This document shows, one piece after another, positions 37,426 to 48,515 of a stretch of 64,000 nucleotides of DNA. The notes beneath the pieces are model-generated. The model saw nothing but the letters and a program-made list of their open reading frames with translations. It did not search any database and was not told the DNA's origin. Position numbers and translations under genes: made by a program. The stretch lies in the IMG/VR virus record IMGVR_UViG_3300023174_000046, positions 62,001-126,000 of that record, one strand, 5' to 3'. Numbering within the stretch: position 1 is the stretch's first letter; every line of letters starts with the position of its first letter.

Positions 37426-39129
37426 ATGCGTGACAAAGAAAACAAATTTTATTTAGGTAACAAGAATTTACCCACGCCTGAAACAAAATTCGAATGGACA
37501 TCAGAGATGTTGTCCGAGCTTAAAAAATGTAGTAAGAACATTCTACATTTTGCAGAAAACTACTTTTATATTGTTAATTTGGATAGAGGTAAAGAAAAAA
37601 TCAAACTACATAATTATCAAAAAAGAATTTTAAGATCTCTGCGTGATAACCGATTTGTTTGTTTTCTATCATCCAGACAAAGTGGTAAAACCACATTAAT
37701 GACAATATATGCATTATGGATATCGTGCTTCTTCGAAGATCAGCGTATTCTCATTGTAGCAAATAAAGAACAAACCGCCATCAACATATTTAAACGTGTA
37801 CGGTTAGCATACGAACAGCTTCCAAACTATTTAAAACCTGGCGCCATTGAATATGGTAAAACTTCCATGGTACTAGGTAACGGCAGTAGCATTGGCATAT
37901 CTACAACCTCATCTGATGCAGGTCGAGGCGATAGTTGCAACGTTCTTATTCTGGATGAGTTAGCATTTATTGATGATGGCATGGTTCAGGATTTCTGGAA
38001 ATCAGTTTATCCAATTATTTCATCATCCAAGAAATCAAAAATATTTGTCGCAAGCACTCCCAACGGCACAGGAAATCTTTTTCATGAATTATATTCTGGT
38101 GCTATTGAAGACTCAAATGGATGGAAAGCAGAAAGAGTTGATTGGTGGGAAGTACCAGGCCGCGACGAAGAATGGAAAGACAAAACAATTCGCTCTTTGG
38201 GCAGCAGAGAATATTTTGATCAAGAATTTGGTAATGTATTTTTACAGTCTGGTGAAAGTTCTTTATCAGAGAAACTTTTTGAAGAATTAAAAGGCGGTTG
38301 CAAGGATCCTGAATTTGTTTTTGAAAATGGCAAATACAGAGTTTGGGAAGAACCAAACGAAAAAAATATTTATGCAGTAGGAGTGGACGTTGCAGAAGGT
38401 GTAAACAGCAATTACAGTGTTGTGCAGGTACTTGATATTACCAATTTAAAAGAAATTAAGCAAGTTGCAGTTTACGGAGACAACAACATCACCCCTTTCA
38501 ATTTTATTTCTAAACTTCTAGAAATTTTAAAACAGTGGGGATCACCACCAGTTTTAATTGAAAGAAACAATTGCGGCGCGCAAGTAGTGGATCAATTAAA
38601 GCTAACACACAATTATGAGAACATAGTTTCATATTCACCAAAAATTAATGGACAAGAATATGCAAAACGCGCAGGTGTAGTTGCGCATACAAATACCAAA
38701 TATAAAGGTGTCACAAATATGCGTTATTGGCTTAATGAGTTAAAAGTTGTTAAGCTTTTTGATCGTGATACAGTGTTAGAATTAAAAAACTTTGTACGAT
38801 ATCCAAACGGTACATGGGCAGCTCGTCAAGGCGATCATAATGATGATAGAGTAATGTCTCTCATATGGGCTTTAATGATTCTTGAAAATGAAGTATGTGA
38901 AAAGTACTTTGATATTTTAGAGTTTGATGCAAACCGTAAGCCTCTTCTCTTGAAGCTGTTTGACTATGGCATAAGAAGCTTCATGAAACCATCATCCTAC
39001 TTAAATAATGAAAAGGGATATGATGGAAACAATAACAGCATGCCTATTATTATGTCAAATAATACCGGTGATATGTTTGAAATTGATGACCTCAAATCTC
39101 AAGGTTGGAGGATGCTAAATGGCAACTGA
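37426..39129 (+). CDS. gp17: Terminase large subunit
   Basis: FYLGNKNLP, YQ, SRQSGKT, LILDELAF, STPNG, FDQEF, GVDVAEG, ERNN, HNDDRVM. Confidence 0.96.
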   Translation: MRDKENKFYLGNKNLPTPETKFEWTSEMLSELKKCSKNILHFAENYFYIVNLDRGKEKIKLHNYQKRILRSLRDNRFVCFLSSRQSGKTTLMTIYALWISCFFEDQRILIVANKEQTAINIFKRVRLAYEQLPNYLKPGAIEYGKTSMVLGNGSSIGISTTSSDAGRGDSCNVLILDELAFIDDGMVQDFWKSVYPIISSSKKSKIFVASTPNGTGNLFHELYSGAIEDSNGWKAERVDWWEVPGRDEEWKDKTIRSLGSREYFDQEFGNVFLQSGESSLSEKLFEELKGGCKDPEFVFENGKYRVWEEPNEKNIYAVGVDVAEGVNSNYSVVQVLDITNLKEIKQVAVYGDNNITPFNFISKLLEILKQWGSPPVLIERNNCGAQVVDQLKLTHNYENIVSYSPKINGQEYAKRAGVVAHTNTKYKGVTNMRYWLNELKVVKLFDRDTVLELKNFVRYPNGTWAARQGDHNDDRVMSLIWALMILENEVCEKYFDILEFDANRKPLLLKLFDYGIRSFMKPSSYLNNEKGYDGNNNSMPIIMSNNTGDMFEIDDLKSQGWRMLNGN

Positions 39130-39727
39130 TTACACACAATCACCTTTCAATAAGCAACGCAAAGATAAATTTCTTTTTGTAATGTCTCTACCTGAGGCAT
39201 TAAAAGACATCAACAAAAAAATTACCCGATCTACCACCTCTATTCAGTTTGATTCAATTTCTTTTTCTGTTTACGGGGTGGTTGTGCCAAGTGTATCGAT
39301 AAATGAGATAGCTACCAGATATGCCGGTCAAACTCTGCATGTATCTTCAGAATCTCGCCCACCTTATACAAATGTAACTGTTAATTTTACCATAGATAAC
39401 TATTTCAATAACTACTGGGCAATATATAGCTGGCTAGATTTAATTAATAATCAAAAATACAATGACCTTGACAACAGGGATTTAGTCAACAGTACTACAT
39501 CAGAAGTATATAAATCTACCTTTACATTGTATGGGTTAGATGAATATGATAATAAAATAATACAATTTGATTTTACCAAGGCATTTCCTACATCTCTAGG
39601 TGAAATAAACTATAGCTATAGAGACGCTGCGCAAATAGATACTTCTTTTGAATTTGCTTTTGATCAGCTTATAACAAAATTGATTGCTCCAACAGAAACA
39701 CAACCAACAACTACAACTAATTTGTAA
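39119..39727 (+). CDS. Tail completion/terminator protein (gp3-like, tube fold)
   Basis: VPSVSI...VTVNFTIDNYFNNY.AIYSW...FTKAFPTSLG.I.Y. Confidence 0.65.
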   Translation: MATDYTQSPFNKQRKDKFLFVMSLPEALKDINKKITRSTTSIQFDSISFSVYGVVVPSVSINEIATRYAGQTLHVSSESRPPYTNVTVNFTIDNYFNNYWAIYSWLDLINNQKYNDLDNRDLVNSTTSEVYKSTFTLYGLDEYDNKIIQFDFTKAFPTSLGEINYSYRDAAQIDTSFEFAFDQLITKLIAPTETQPTTTTNL

Positions 39728-39754
39728 AAAGCAAAGAATTTTGTGACGGAAAGA

Positions 39755-39762
39755 TATAAATA
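39755..39762 (+). promoter_or_regulatory. T4-type late promoter TATAAATA
   Basis: Exact consensus 8 nt before the sheath ATG. Confidence 0.85.
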
Positions 39763-39770
39763 ATTTTAAT

Positions 39771-42080
39771 ATGGCAAGAGTAATCCAAAGTCCCGGTGTA
39801 CAGATAAACGAATTTGATCAGTCATTAAGAGCAGCAACCAACGACACAACAAATGTATTAGTTGCTGGTTTTGCATCACAAGGTCCAACCTACGAACCAA
39901 TCGTGGTTTCAACACTTTCAGAATTTGAACAAATCTTCGGTCAACCATCAAATGGTGCCGAGAGATACTTTTATCACACTGCAAAGGCAGTATTAGCAAG
40001 TCCTGCTACAGTTTACGCTGGTAGAATTGCTTATGGCCCTGGCCTTGGTGACGGGTACGGTTCTAAATACTCAGCATTAGTATATCCAGTTCGCGGCAAG
40101 GTTGCAGGTACCGGTGATATACAAACAAATTTACAAATTATTAGCGGTAATGGCGATATGTATGTCTTGGGCAGACCAAACTTGGTTGAACTCTCAGACA
40201 CAGATTATCAAAACGTTTTAAATGGCAGCGCATTCACATGGTCTGCAACTTCTGACAGCGCCAATGGTGTTATTACTTCAATTAGTAATTTTGGTCAAGC
40301 AGGATTAATCATTTTAAACAAGCAAAAATATACCACCAATTCAAACTTTGAAGGTTACTATGTTGGCTTGATTGATAATACCACAGTTAATCCACAAGTT
40401 GATTACCGCGGTATCAATCAAGCTTATACTGTTAGCTTAACTGGTGGTAAGAATGGTGGCTTGAATTCAGGATACACACAACTGCTACCATCAAGACTTA
40501 ATTTTGCATTGAGTGCAACATTTGCAGGTATCGATGGTTCTGTATCACAAGATATGGAATTCACAACATTCAATATCGGCACTACCGCATATAGAGATTG
40601 CTTAAATCTTGGTGTATTCAGACTACGTCAAACAGTATTTTCACCAACTGTATTGACACTAAGCAAAGTTTTAGCTGAACCATATACAGGATCAATCAAC
40701 TACTACCGTCAACAATTTCCACAAAATGGTGGATCACCTCAAAGTTTCTTCATTGGTGATGTTGAAGACAGTTCCACCTCAATTCAAGTTTTAGTTAACC
40801 CTAATATCTCTAAGAGAGATTCAAGCACAAACAATTCTACTGATGCAGGTGACCCAAAAGTTGCTATCCGTGTTCTTGGTGCAGGCCTTCGTTATGCCTC
40901 AGAGTTAGACAGCGCCTTTACTGGTATATCACCTGCACAAGTTGATTCTTTTGTATCATCTGGGAATGGAATCGGTGATGCTGGTGCATTATTCCCACTT
41001 GGTACATACACACTAGATAATCCTTACACAAAGAGTATCGGTAATGTTCCAGGCAAAGTTAATAAGCTCTTACAAAAACTCGACAATTATGATGTTTACC
41101 CTCTAACATTGACAGTTGAAGGTGGTCTCGGAACAATTTATGCAAGCGCATCAGCTAATAATGATATCTTTGATGATTATAAGTATGTAACTGGTTACAA
41201 CGGATTATCATCATCCACTGGTATAACCGGTGATGCAAAAGTCTTGAGAGATGCATATGCAAGCGTATTTGAAGAATTCAGAGTATTTGCTCAAGATTCA
41301 CGCAAAGACCATATGTTTATTGCTGATGCACCTCTACCGATCTTTGTACAAGGTAGAAACACCAAGACAATTGATAGAAACGATACAAACTTTACATCCA
41401 ACATTTACTGGCCATTACGCAATGTGTTTGATCCAATCAATACAAGTTATGCTTGTGTGTATGCAAACTGCGCACGCGTTAATGATCCTGCTTCTAACTC
41501 ACAAGTTTGGGTACCATTCTCAGGTTTCGCAGCAAACTTAATGGCAAGAACTGATACAAACTTCCAACCATGGTTTGCCCCAGCTGGATTCAATCGCGGC
41601 AATGTTGCAGGTGCAGTTGATATTGCACTATATCCTAAACAAAAGCAGCGTGATCAACTGTACAAGATTAGTGTTAATCCAGTTGCATTCTTCCCTGCTG
41701 AAGGATTTGTCGTGTACGGTCAAAAGACACTACAGAGACAACCAAGTGCATTTGATCGTATCAATGTACGTAGATTGTTTATCAATCTTGAGACACTTGT
41801 ACGCAACACAGTTAAGAGCTTCATATTCGAGCCTAACACCCTCTTTACTCGTACACAAGTAATCAACACAATCACACCATTCTTTGAAAATGCAAAGAAT
41901 ACACAAGGCATATATGATTACTTGATCATTTGCGATGAAAAGAACAACACACCTTCAGTAATTGATGATAATACACTTGTTGTTGACATTTACATGAAGC
42001 CAACAAGAACAGCGGAGTATATCTTGGTTAACTTCTACGCAACGAAGACAAGTCAAGATTTCAACGAAATCATCGCATAA
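39771..42080 (+). CDS. gp18: Tail sheath protein
   Basis: SPGVQINE.D, IFG.P, PWFAPAGFNRG, RDQLY..SVNP, YGQKT, SAFDRINVRRL, FEPN, CDE.NNT. Confidence 0.96.
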   Translation: MARVIQSPGVQINEFDQSLRAATNDTTNVLVAGFASQGPTYEPIVVSTLSEFEQIFGQPSNGAERYFYHTAKAVLASPATVYAGRIAYGPGLGDGYGSKYSALVYPVRGKVAGTGDIQTNLQIISGNGDMYVLGRPNLVELSDTDYQNVLNGSAFTWSATSDSANGVITSISNFGQAGLIILNKQKYTTNSNFEGYYVGLIDNTTVNPQVDYRGINQAYTVSLTGGKNGGLNSGYTQLLPSRLNFALSATFAGIDGSVSQDMEFTTFNIGTTAYRDCLNLGVFRLRQTVFSPTVLTLSKVLAEPYTGSINYYRQQFPQNGGSPQSFFIGDVEDSSTSIQVLVNPNISKRDSSTNNSTDAGDPKVAIRVLGAGLRYASELDSAFTGISPAQVDSFVSSGNGIGDAGALFPLGTYTLDNPYTKSIGNVPGKVNKLLQKLDNYDVYPLTLTVEGGLGTIYASASANNDIFDDYKYVTGYNGLSSSTGITGDAKVLRDAYASVFEEFRVFAQDSRKDHMFIADAPLPIFVQGRNTKTIDRNDTNFTSNIYWPLRNVFDPINTSYACVYANCARVNDPASNSQVWVPFSGFAANLMARTDTNFQPWFAPAGFNRGNVAGAVDIALYPKQKQRDQLYKISVNPVAFFPAEGFVVYGQKTLQRQPSAFDRINVRRLFINLETLVRNTVKSFIFEPNTLFTRTQVINTITPFFENAKNTQGIYDYLIICDEKNNTPSVIDDNTLVVDIYMKPTRTAEYILVNFYATKTSQDFNEIIA

Positions 42081-42095
42081 CGAATAAATAATTTT

Positions 42096-42641
42096 ATGGC
42101 AGACGTAAATCAACTCATATCAGACTTTTACAGAGTCGCGCAAGAAAGAGATTTCGCACGCGATTTTCAATTCAGAGTACTATCAATCAATGCAGGTGAT
42201 TCCGGTGTAACATTCGATAATAGTGATCTTGTATACATCCGCACTGCAACATTACCTGAAAGAGCAATTACTAACAAACAAGTACCTTACATGGGTCTTA
42301 ATTTCAACGTTCCAGGAAATGCTACATACCCAAACAGTGAAGCATATCAAGTAGAATTTTATGCTGATGCACAATCACAGCTTCGTCAAAAATTCGAAGA
42401 TTGGTCAAGAAGCACATTTGATGATGCTAATAGCACAGGCAATTACTTTACACCAAAACAAAATTCAACAATTGATCTAGTACAATTAGATTCAAAACTT
42501 GTTAAAGTTGCACAATATCAACTAGTTGGTGTATCAGTTCGTAATGTTGGTCCTCTTACCTATAACATTGCTGATGGTACCGGTGAAATTCTAAGATTTA
42601 CTGCTACATTAGCATATCATTATTGGAAGAGAGTATCGTAA
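42096..42641 (+). CDS. gp19: Tail tube protein
   Basis: Follows sheath; AR..QF.V, TATLP, VPYMG..PG, LRQKFEDW, QLD, F.ATLAY.YW. Confidence 0.88.
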   Translation: MADVNQLISDFYRVAQERDFARDFQFRVLSINAGDSGVTFDNSDLVYIRTATLPERAITNKQVPYMGLNFNVPGNATYPNSEAYQVEFYADAQSQLRQKFEDWSRSTFDDANSTGNYFTPKQNSTIDLVQLDSKLVKVAQYQLVGVSVRNVGPLTYNIADGTGEILRFTATLAYHYWKRVS

Positions 42642-42670
42642 TTTCCCTAATAGTTCATTAAATATTTTTA

Positions 42671-43597
42671 GTGAACAACCCTATAACCGACGCCGCGTCT
42701 GGCTTAGTACAAAACGCACAAGGTTTAATTACTGGTCAGAATCCATTATTTGCCCCACAAGTTACAAATTTGTTCGGATTTAATATTCCCGCAGTACCTT
42801 TGATTGGTGTTCGTGATTATTTTCTCACACAAATGGAATCGTGGTCCACGTCCATTCCATTACGTACACAGTGGGTTGTTTTAATTGATCGTTATCCTGC
42901 TGCGTTAAATACAAAAATTATACAAGGGTTAGAAATTATTGGTGGTGATAAAAAAGGATACGATATTAATCCTGCATTAGATATTTTAAAAAGCTATCCT
43001 CTACAAAGAATTATAGGTTGTTTGTTTGCATCATCTGTTTCTATACCACCTGAAACACTCGATACAGATTTTGCTACTATTAAAAATAATAGAGGGTTTC
43101 TTGGAGGACCTGTAACTTCCGAGCGTCAAAAATACGGCTCATTTTTACGTATTGGATTTAGAGAAACAAATACATCGTTTGTGGATGTTGTTATAAGGCC
43201 TTGGATAATTCTAGCATCGCATATGGGATTTTCTGCTCGCCCAGGTGATTTAGGTGGTAAACGAGATTATTACAATGTTAAAACTGATATCACTATCATG
43301 CAATATGCACAAACATACCAAAATATTTCCATGGTGCCAAGAAAGGTTTGGCAATTTTATAATTGTGCGCCAATAACATTAGATGCAGAAGAAGCAGTTT
43401 ATGATCCTAGTGGTGAAGTACTTGATATCTTTCAAACTAGCTGGATATTTTCACACTATACTGTAACACCAAACTTGTATTTCCCTCTTGTCAACATAAT
43501 TAAGCGTATAGAACAGGGTCAACTACCTATTATCTCTCCCGTACAAAGCGGGTTTCAAGGCGGTTTTGGTAGTATTAACCCTTACGGCTTGATATGA
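42671..43597 (+). CDS. Tube-fold baseplate/tube initiator (gp54-like)
   Basis: SVSIP.E, L.IGFRETN.SF.D..IRPW, W.FYNC.P; TAAATA-N6-GTG. Confidence 0.55.
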   Translation: MNNPITDAASGLVQNAQGLITGQNPLFAPQVTNLFGFNIPAVPLIGVRDYFLTQMESWSTSIPLRTQWVVLIDRYPAALNTKIIQGLEIIGGDKKGYDINPALDILKSYPLQRIIGCLFASSVSIPPETLDTDFATIKNNRGFLGGPVTSERQKYGSFLRIGFRETNTSFVDVVIRPWIILASHMGFSARPGDLGGKRDYYNVKTDITIMQYAQTYQNISMVPRKVWQFYNCAPITLDAEEAVYDPSGEVLDIFQTSWIFSHYTVTPNLYFPLVNIIKRIEQGQLPIISPVQSGFQGGFGSINPYGLI

Positions 43598-44484
43598 TAG
43601 ATAAATTTAAATTACAATTATATATTCCTAGTTTAGATAGTAGAGCTTATTTTAATGAGCTTAAAAACTACCATCTTCTTAATATTTTAAAATTTACAAC
43701 CAATAAAGACAGTAAAGGCCTCGCCGAATACTTTGAATATATTATAGAAGATCTAATACAAGATAAAAAATTATTTTTTAAATTAGATAGTTTTGATAAA
43801 TTTATTATTCTATTACAGTTCAAAGCAATTAATATTAACCCCGAATTAAAATTTAAAATAAATGTTCAAAACGAAAATAAAATACTAGCATATAACATTT
43901 TTCAAGAAATAAAGAGTTTAACAGAAGCTAAGCTAATTAAAGAAAAGGAACTCAAGATTGATGATAATTTTTATGTATATCTAAGTATACCTTCAAAACT
44001 TTATATTGAAAACTTTGATGACATATTTTTTCATTGTATAAAGTTAGTTAAAATAGATGATCAAAATTTTAACTTTGAATCGTTTACTGACGAAGAAAAA
44101 AACAAAATATTTGAAAGTATATCTGGAAACTTTTTAAACCAAATAATAGACTTTTTAAATGAGAGTAAGAAGAGTTGTGAAGATGTAAACTTTCTTAAAG
44201 TTAATAATTTTATAAAAGAACTTAATAGCTTAAAATTAAATTTCTTTAATAATTCAATGCTAGGGTTTTTGGAGCTGGTATATTCAGAAGATTTGAAGAA
44301 TTTATTCGAATTAATATATGTGCTAGTTAATAAAGTTAAACTCGGTATAACAGAATTTTATGACTTGGTACCGTCCGAATCACTGTTATTGTATTCTCTT
44401 TATGCAAAGGATGTTAAGAATCAAAACGAAGAAATGGAAAAATCGACCAAAAAATCTAGCATGCCGTTGCAAACACAGCCCTAA
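43594..44484 (+). CDS. Baseplate hub assembly protein (gp26-like with gp51-like C-terminus)
   Basis: YIPSL N-terminus; C-terminal LFELIYVLV..LGITEFYDLVPSE. Confidence 0.55.
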   Translation: MIDKFKLQLYIPSLDSRAYFNELKNYHLLNILKFTTNKDSKGLAEYFEYIIEDLIQDKKLFFKLDSFDKFIILLQFKAININPELKFKINVQNENKILAYNIFQEIKSLTEAKLIKEKELKIDDNFYVYLSIPSKLYIENFDDIFFHCIKLVKIDDQNFNFESFTDEEKNKIFESISGNFLNQIIDFLNESKKSCEDVNFLKVNNFIKELNSLKLNFFNNSMLGFLELVYSEDLKNLFELIYVLVNKVKLGITEFYDLVPSESLLLYSLYAKDVKNQNEEMEKSTKKSSMPLQTQP

Positions 44485-44500
44485 CCTTTAAATAATTGTA

Positions 44501-45277
44501 ATGAGTTCAGATCTATTGCTGCAAAAGCTTAAAGAAATTAATGGAAAAAGCATAGATGTGTATATACCTTCCTTAGATAAGGAAGTGCCATTTAAACCTC
44601 TTAACATCAGACAGCAAAAAGAAATTATTAAAGCTTCTTTTGATAAGAATATACCTGGTATTTCTTTTAATAATGTTCTTAACATTATAATTAAAGAAAA
44701 TTGCCAAGAGCAAAATATAGAATTGCTTGTTACAGACAGACCTTCAATAGCTATTGCACTACGTAAAAATATTTTTGGCACAAAGATTAAGAACGCTGTT
44801 AAATCAGACACTCTCAACGAAGAGAACATTGAATTCGATCTTGAACAGGTAATTCAAACAAAGTCTAAACTCGATATTGAATTAACAAAAGCAGTAAAAT
44901 CTGAAGGACTAGAAGTTCAATTAAGGATACCTACCCTTACTGCAGACAGTAGAGTCAATAAAGAAAGCCAAAAAGTACTGTCCCATTTAGTTGAACAAAA
45001 TAATTCTATAAAAGATCTTATTAGTGAGTTGTTTGTATATGAGCTTGTTAAGTTTATTGATTTTGTTGAAGTGCTTGATGTAGGAAAAGCTATTTTTTCA
45101 GAAATTAGTGTAGTAGATCAAATTAAGCTTGTGGAAAGCCTAACTGCAGAGGTTAATAAGAATATAATGGAGTATATTGAAGAAGTAAGAGCATTTGAAA
45201 AGAAATACCTCTCCTTTGCAAAAAATAACAAAGAATACAATATCAATTTAGACGCATCATTCTTTAGTAACGAATAA
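44501..45277 (+). CDS. Baseplate hub subunit gp26-like
   Basis: YIPSLDKEVPFKPLNIRQQKEII, D...I.IALRK, ends ASFF. Confidence 0.65.
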   Translation: MSSDLLLQKLKEINGKSIDVYIPSLDKEVPFKPLNIRQQKEIIKASFDKNIPGISFNNVLNIIIKENCQEQNIELLVTDRPSIAIALRKNIFGTKIKNAVKSDTLNEENIEFDLEQVIQTKSKLDIELTKAVKSEGLEVQLRIPTLTADSRVNKESQKVLSHLVEQNNSIKDLISELFVYELVKFIDFVEVLDVGKAIFSEISVVDQIKLVESLTAEVNKNIMEYIEEVRAFEKKYLSFAKNNKEYNINLDASFFSNE

Positions 45278-45291
45278 GTATTAATATACTT

Positions 45292-47187
45292 ATGGCGGAT
45301 AATATTGACGTTGCTCAAGTCGTAGGAGATCTAGTTAATGCACTAGATAAAATGAATGTTAAGCTTGATAAAATGCAAGCCGATTCAATCTATATTGACG
45401 AATTTAAAAGAAGCAAAAATGCAAAATTTAAGACGTTTGCTGACTTAATTAAAAAAGAATTTAAAGATTATCTCAAGAACATGGTTAATGGTATAGGCAA
45501 CCAAACTACTTCTAGTACAGGCAAGAAAGAGGGTCAAGCCTCTGATTTAGTAGAAGCAGGTGCTGAGAAGATAGGTGGTCCTGTTTCGAAGGTAAGAATA
45601 GAAGAAATTAATCCTGCTGTATTTAAAATGCTTCGCGATCTTCTAAAAGATACATTCAAGCAAAAAGAAGAAAAAGAAGAAGTAAAAAAGAAGAGCGGTT
45701 TTGGTTGGGTTTTTGGCTTGTTAGCTTTACTAAGTGGTGTAATTTTAGGAGTAATTGAATGGATTCGTGAGCGATTTCAAGCCATAAAAACAATGCTCAA
45801 AGGAATCAGAATCTTTGATTGGATAGTAGATGGGTTTAGATTCTTAAAGTCTAGAATATTTGCAGCCGCAGAATTTATATACAAGCAGCTTAGAGAGTCT
45901 AGACTATTTAAAAGAATTGAACAAATTTGGGAAGGCATCATTGCATCTATCCGTGAGTCTGCTTTTGTAAAAAAACTTAGAACATTTTTTAGCGAAGAAT
46001 CGTTTCTTGGCAGGCTCTTTAAAGGTATAGGTGAATTTTTTAAAGGTGAGGGCAGAGCGGGTGGTGTTGTACGGTCAATTGGCAGAGCTTTTGAAATTAT
46101 GAAAGATTCTTTACGTGGTGTTGGTAGAGTAATGAAAGGAATTGTTGATGCAATTAAAGGAGCAGGAAGCTTTGCAATGAACTTATTGAAAAATTCACCG
46201 CTATTTAAGATAGGTAAAGTTATAGGTAGAGTTCTTGGTCCACTCTTTTTGGCGTTTGATGTAATCATGAATACAATTGATAGTATTAAAGAGCAAGGAT
46301 TTACTTTTAAAGCAGTGCTGGATGGTGTTTTAGGCGGGTTAGCGAGCTTTTTTACATTAGGTATTTTAAATTTTCAAAATATAAAGAAAATAACTGATCA
46401 AATTACCGAAGCTTTTAAAGAAGGTAATTTTATTGAAGGTATAATGCGAATCCTTCTCGGAATACCTGATTTAATATTTCAAGGCATAGGAAAAATAGCC
46501 ACATGGATATCCGGTTTTTTTGGTGATGATGTAAAGAAAAAGGTTGAAAATTTCTTTAATGTTTCTTTTACTGATCAAGTATTGATGGTAATTAAAGATG
46601 TAATGAATACTCTTCTATGGCCTATTAATAAAACGTTAGAAATTCTTAAAAATGTGTTTAATATTGATGTGGTTAAATGGCTAAGAGAGCATGTACCTGC
46701 ACCGTTGCTCGGTATCTTTGATAAAATAGTAAAAGGTGGTACTGATATTAAGGAAAGACCAGCACAACCTGTCGATCAAGCAAAACTAGAACAAGCTAAA
46801 ATAGCAAAAGAAGAGCAAAAAGCAGGTGGCTGGTTTGATTGGTTCAATAAAAAAGATGAAGCACAATCTACAGATATTGAAAAGGTTGAAGACAGTGATT
46901 ACACTGAAGACGACGAATATACAAAAACATCTGATCTACCCATAGTAACAACTAATAAAGCACCCGAAATAAAAGCAAAAAAAATCGAACAAGAGAATAT
47001 TTTTGATAGCGATAAAATCATTGAAGTGTTACAAAAACAGCTTGAAATAATGACACAAACGAAAAATTACTTAGAGAATCTTAAATCATCAAACAATGTT
47101 GCAACAAGTGTTAATAATCAAAGTGTTGTTAATATGAGTGGCAATACAGGTGTATCATCTTGGCGCCAAGGTGTTATCGCGAGATAA
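45292..47187 (+). CDS. Tape-measure-like / gp29-like protein
   Basis: Long amphipathic helical repeats with G/F/W periodicity and hydrophobic segments, within the baseplate cluster. Confidence 0.6.
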   Translation: MADNIDVAQVVGDLVNALDKMNVKLDKMQADSIYIDEFKRSKNAKFKTFADLIKKEFKDYLKNMVNGIGNQTTSSTGKKEGQASDLVEAGAEKIGGPVSKVRIEEINPAVFKMLRDLLKDTFKQKEEKEEVKKKSGFGWVFGLLALLSGVILGVIEWIRERFQAIKTMLKGIRIFDWIVDGFRFLKSRIFAAAEFIYKQLRESRLFKRIEQIWEGIIASIRESAFVKKLRTFFSEESFLGRLFKGIGEFFKGEGRAGGVVRSIGRAFEIMKDSLRGVGRVMKGIVDAIKGAGSFAMNLLKNSPLFKIGKVIGRVLGPLFLAFDVIMNTIDSIKEQGFTFKAVLDGVLGGLASFFTLGILNFQNIKKITDQITEAFKEGNFIEGIMRILLGIPDLIFQGIGKIATWISGFFGDDVKKKVENFFNVSFTDQVLMVIKDVMNTLLWPINKTLEILKNVFNIDVVKWLREHVPAPLLGIFDKIVKGGTDIKERPAQPVDQAKLEQAKIAKEEQKAGGWFDWFNKKDEAQSTDIEKVEDSDYTEDDEYTKTSDLPIVTTNKAPEIKAKKIEQENIFDSDKIIEVLQKQLEIMTQTKNYLENLKSSNNVATSVNNQSVVNMSGNTGVSSWRQGVIAR

Positions 47188-47207
47188 TTGCTTGATTAAA
47201 TAATATT

Positions 47208-48515
47208 ATGGCCGCTTCTTATCTATGGCAGTTTTCGCAAGATCTTACAAAGACAAAGATATACAAAAGCACACCACCTACTCTAATACCAGCCAATACA
47301 AAAGCTATTAACTCAGAAAGTCCGAATTATCTCAAATCTTCTTTTGCTACACCATATAACGTTGACGTGGTTAACTCTTTTTATTGGACTATTCAAAACC
47401 CTAAAACCCAATCAGGCCAATTGTATAGAAATGAAGTACCAAGAATAGAATTAGTAGAAAAGAGAATTAAGATCAATGCGATTGTAAATCAAGCCTTTTA
47501 CGCTGTTGCAACTGGCGTTTCCAAGACCGGTGATGTATCAAATGAAGTGGGTCAATTCTTTACAGATCAAGCTTCGAAAATTAGCGGCACAGGTGGAAGC
47601 TTGCTGGGTGGACTTGGATCAAGCATCACAAATGCAGTTGATTATTTAAAAAGTGGTGTTGATAAATTAACATCAAAGGTTGGCTTGACAAAAGACTTTA
47701 ATGGTGTGTTGGCACCATATGAAGGGTTGTATCTCACTGAAGATACAGGATGGAAGTATAACATACCATATTTTGAAAACTTAAATAATGAAGTTGGTAA
47801 TGTGTTTGGTGATTTAGATAATAGCGCTTTCGCCGAACTTGCACAAGGAATCGGCGCATTTGTAAAAGCAGGCACTGACTTTATTAATATTAAAGAGCCT
47901 GGCACATATATAGAGAGAACGAAAATGTTTCAGTTTGCTGATGGTGGCGATGATATCACTTTTGAGTTTCCTTTAATCAATACTGGTAACGCTACTTTTA
48001 TTGACGTAGTCAGAAACTGGCAATTGATATTTTTGCTTATATATCAAAACAGACCACAAAGAATTTCAAGAGATATTATTGAACCTTGTGTAATGTACGA
48101 AGCATTAATACCAGGTATTAAATACACACCATTTTCATATATAAAGAAATTAAGCGTAGAATTTATGGGTGCGAGAAGAACAATGTCATTGCCCATCCCT
48201 CAAATAGGCTCCACAGGCCAGTCACTAACAAATACGGAAAGTTTTGAGACCATTGTTCCTGATGCATATAAAGTTTCAATCACGCTTACAAGCTTAGTTG
48301 CTGAGACAAGAAACTTCCTTTATTCAATGTTGTATGAGAAAAAAAATCTTGTTTCGGCATCGTCCCGCTCTGGCTCTGTTGCAGGTATTTTAAATTTTTC
48401 AGATCCTACAAGAAATGCTTTACTTGCAAATGGTGGGACAAATCTTCTAACAGGAGCCACAAACAGCTTAAATGAAGTATTACCAAACTTAGGAGTTAAT
48501 AATATACCTATATGA
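47208..48515 (+). CDS. Baseplate tail-tube cap (gp48-like)
   Basis: Position before gp53; ITFEFPLINT, IKKLSVEF.G, VPDAYKVSITL.SL; TAAATA-N5-ATG. Confidence 0.5.
   Translation: MAASYLWQFSQDLTKTKIYKSTPPTLIPANTKAINSESPNYLKSSFATPYNVDVVNSFYWTIQNPKTQSGQLYRNEVPRIELVEKRIKINAIVNQAFYAVATGVSKTGDVSNEVGQFFTDQASKISGTGGSLLGGLGSSITNAVDYLKSGVDKLTSKVGLTKDFNGVLAPYEGLYLTEDTGWKYNIPYFENLNNEVGNVFGDLDNSAFAELAQGIGAFVKAGTDFINIKEPGTYIERTKMFQFADGGDDITFEFPLINTGNATFIDVVRNWQLIFLLIYQNRPQRISRDIIEPCVMYEALIPGIKYTPFSYIKKLSVEFMGARRTMSLPIPQIGSTGQSLTNTESFETIVPDAYKVSITLTSLVAETRNFLYSMLYEKKNLVSASSRSGSVAGILNFSDPTRNALLANGGTNLLTGATNSLNEVLPNLGVNNIPI

Noticed and set aside
18657-39129. Inteins or introns in gp43, gp41, uvsX or gp17
   Set aside because: Lengths and motif spacing are normal; no intein termini or interruptions seen
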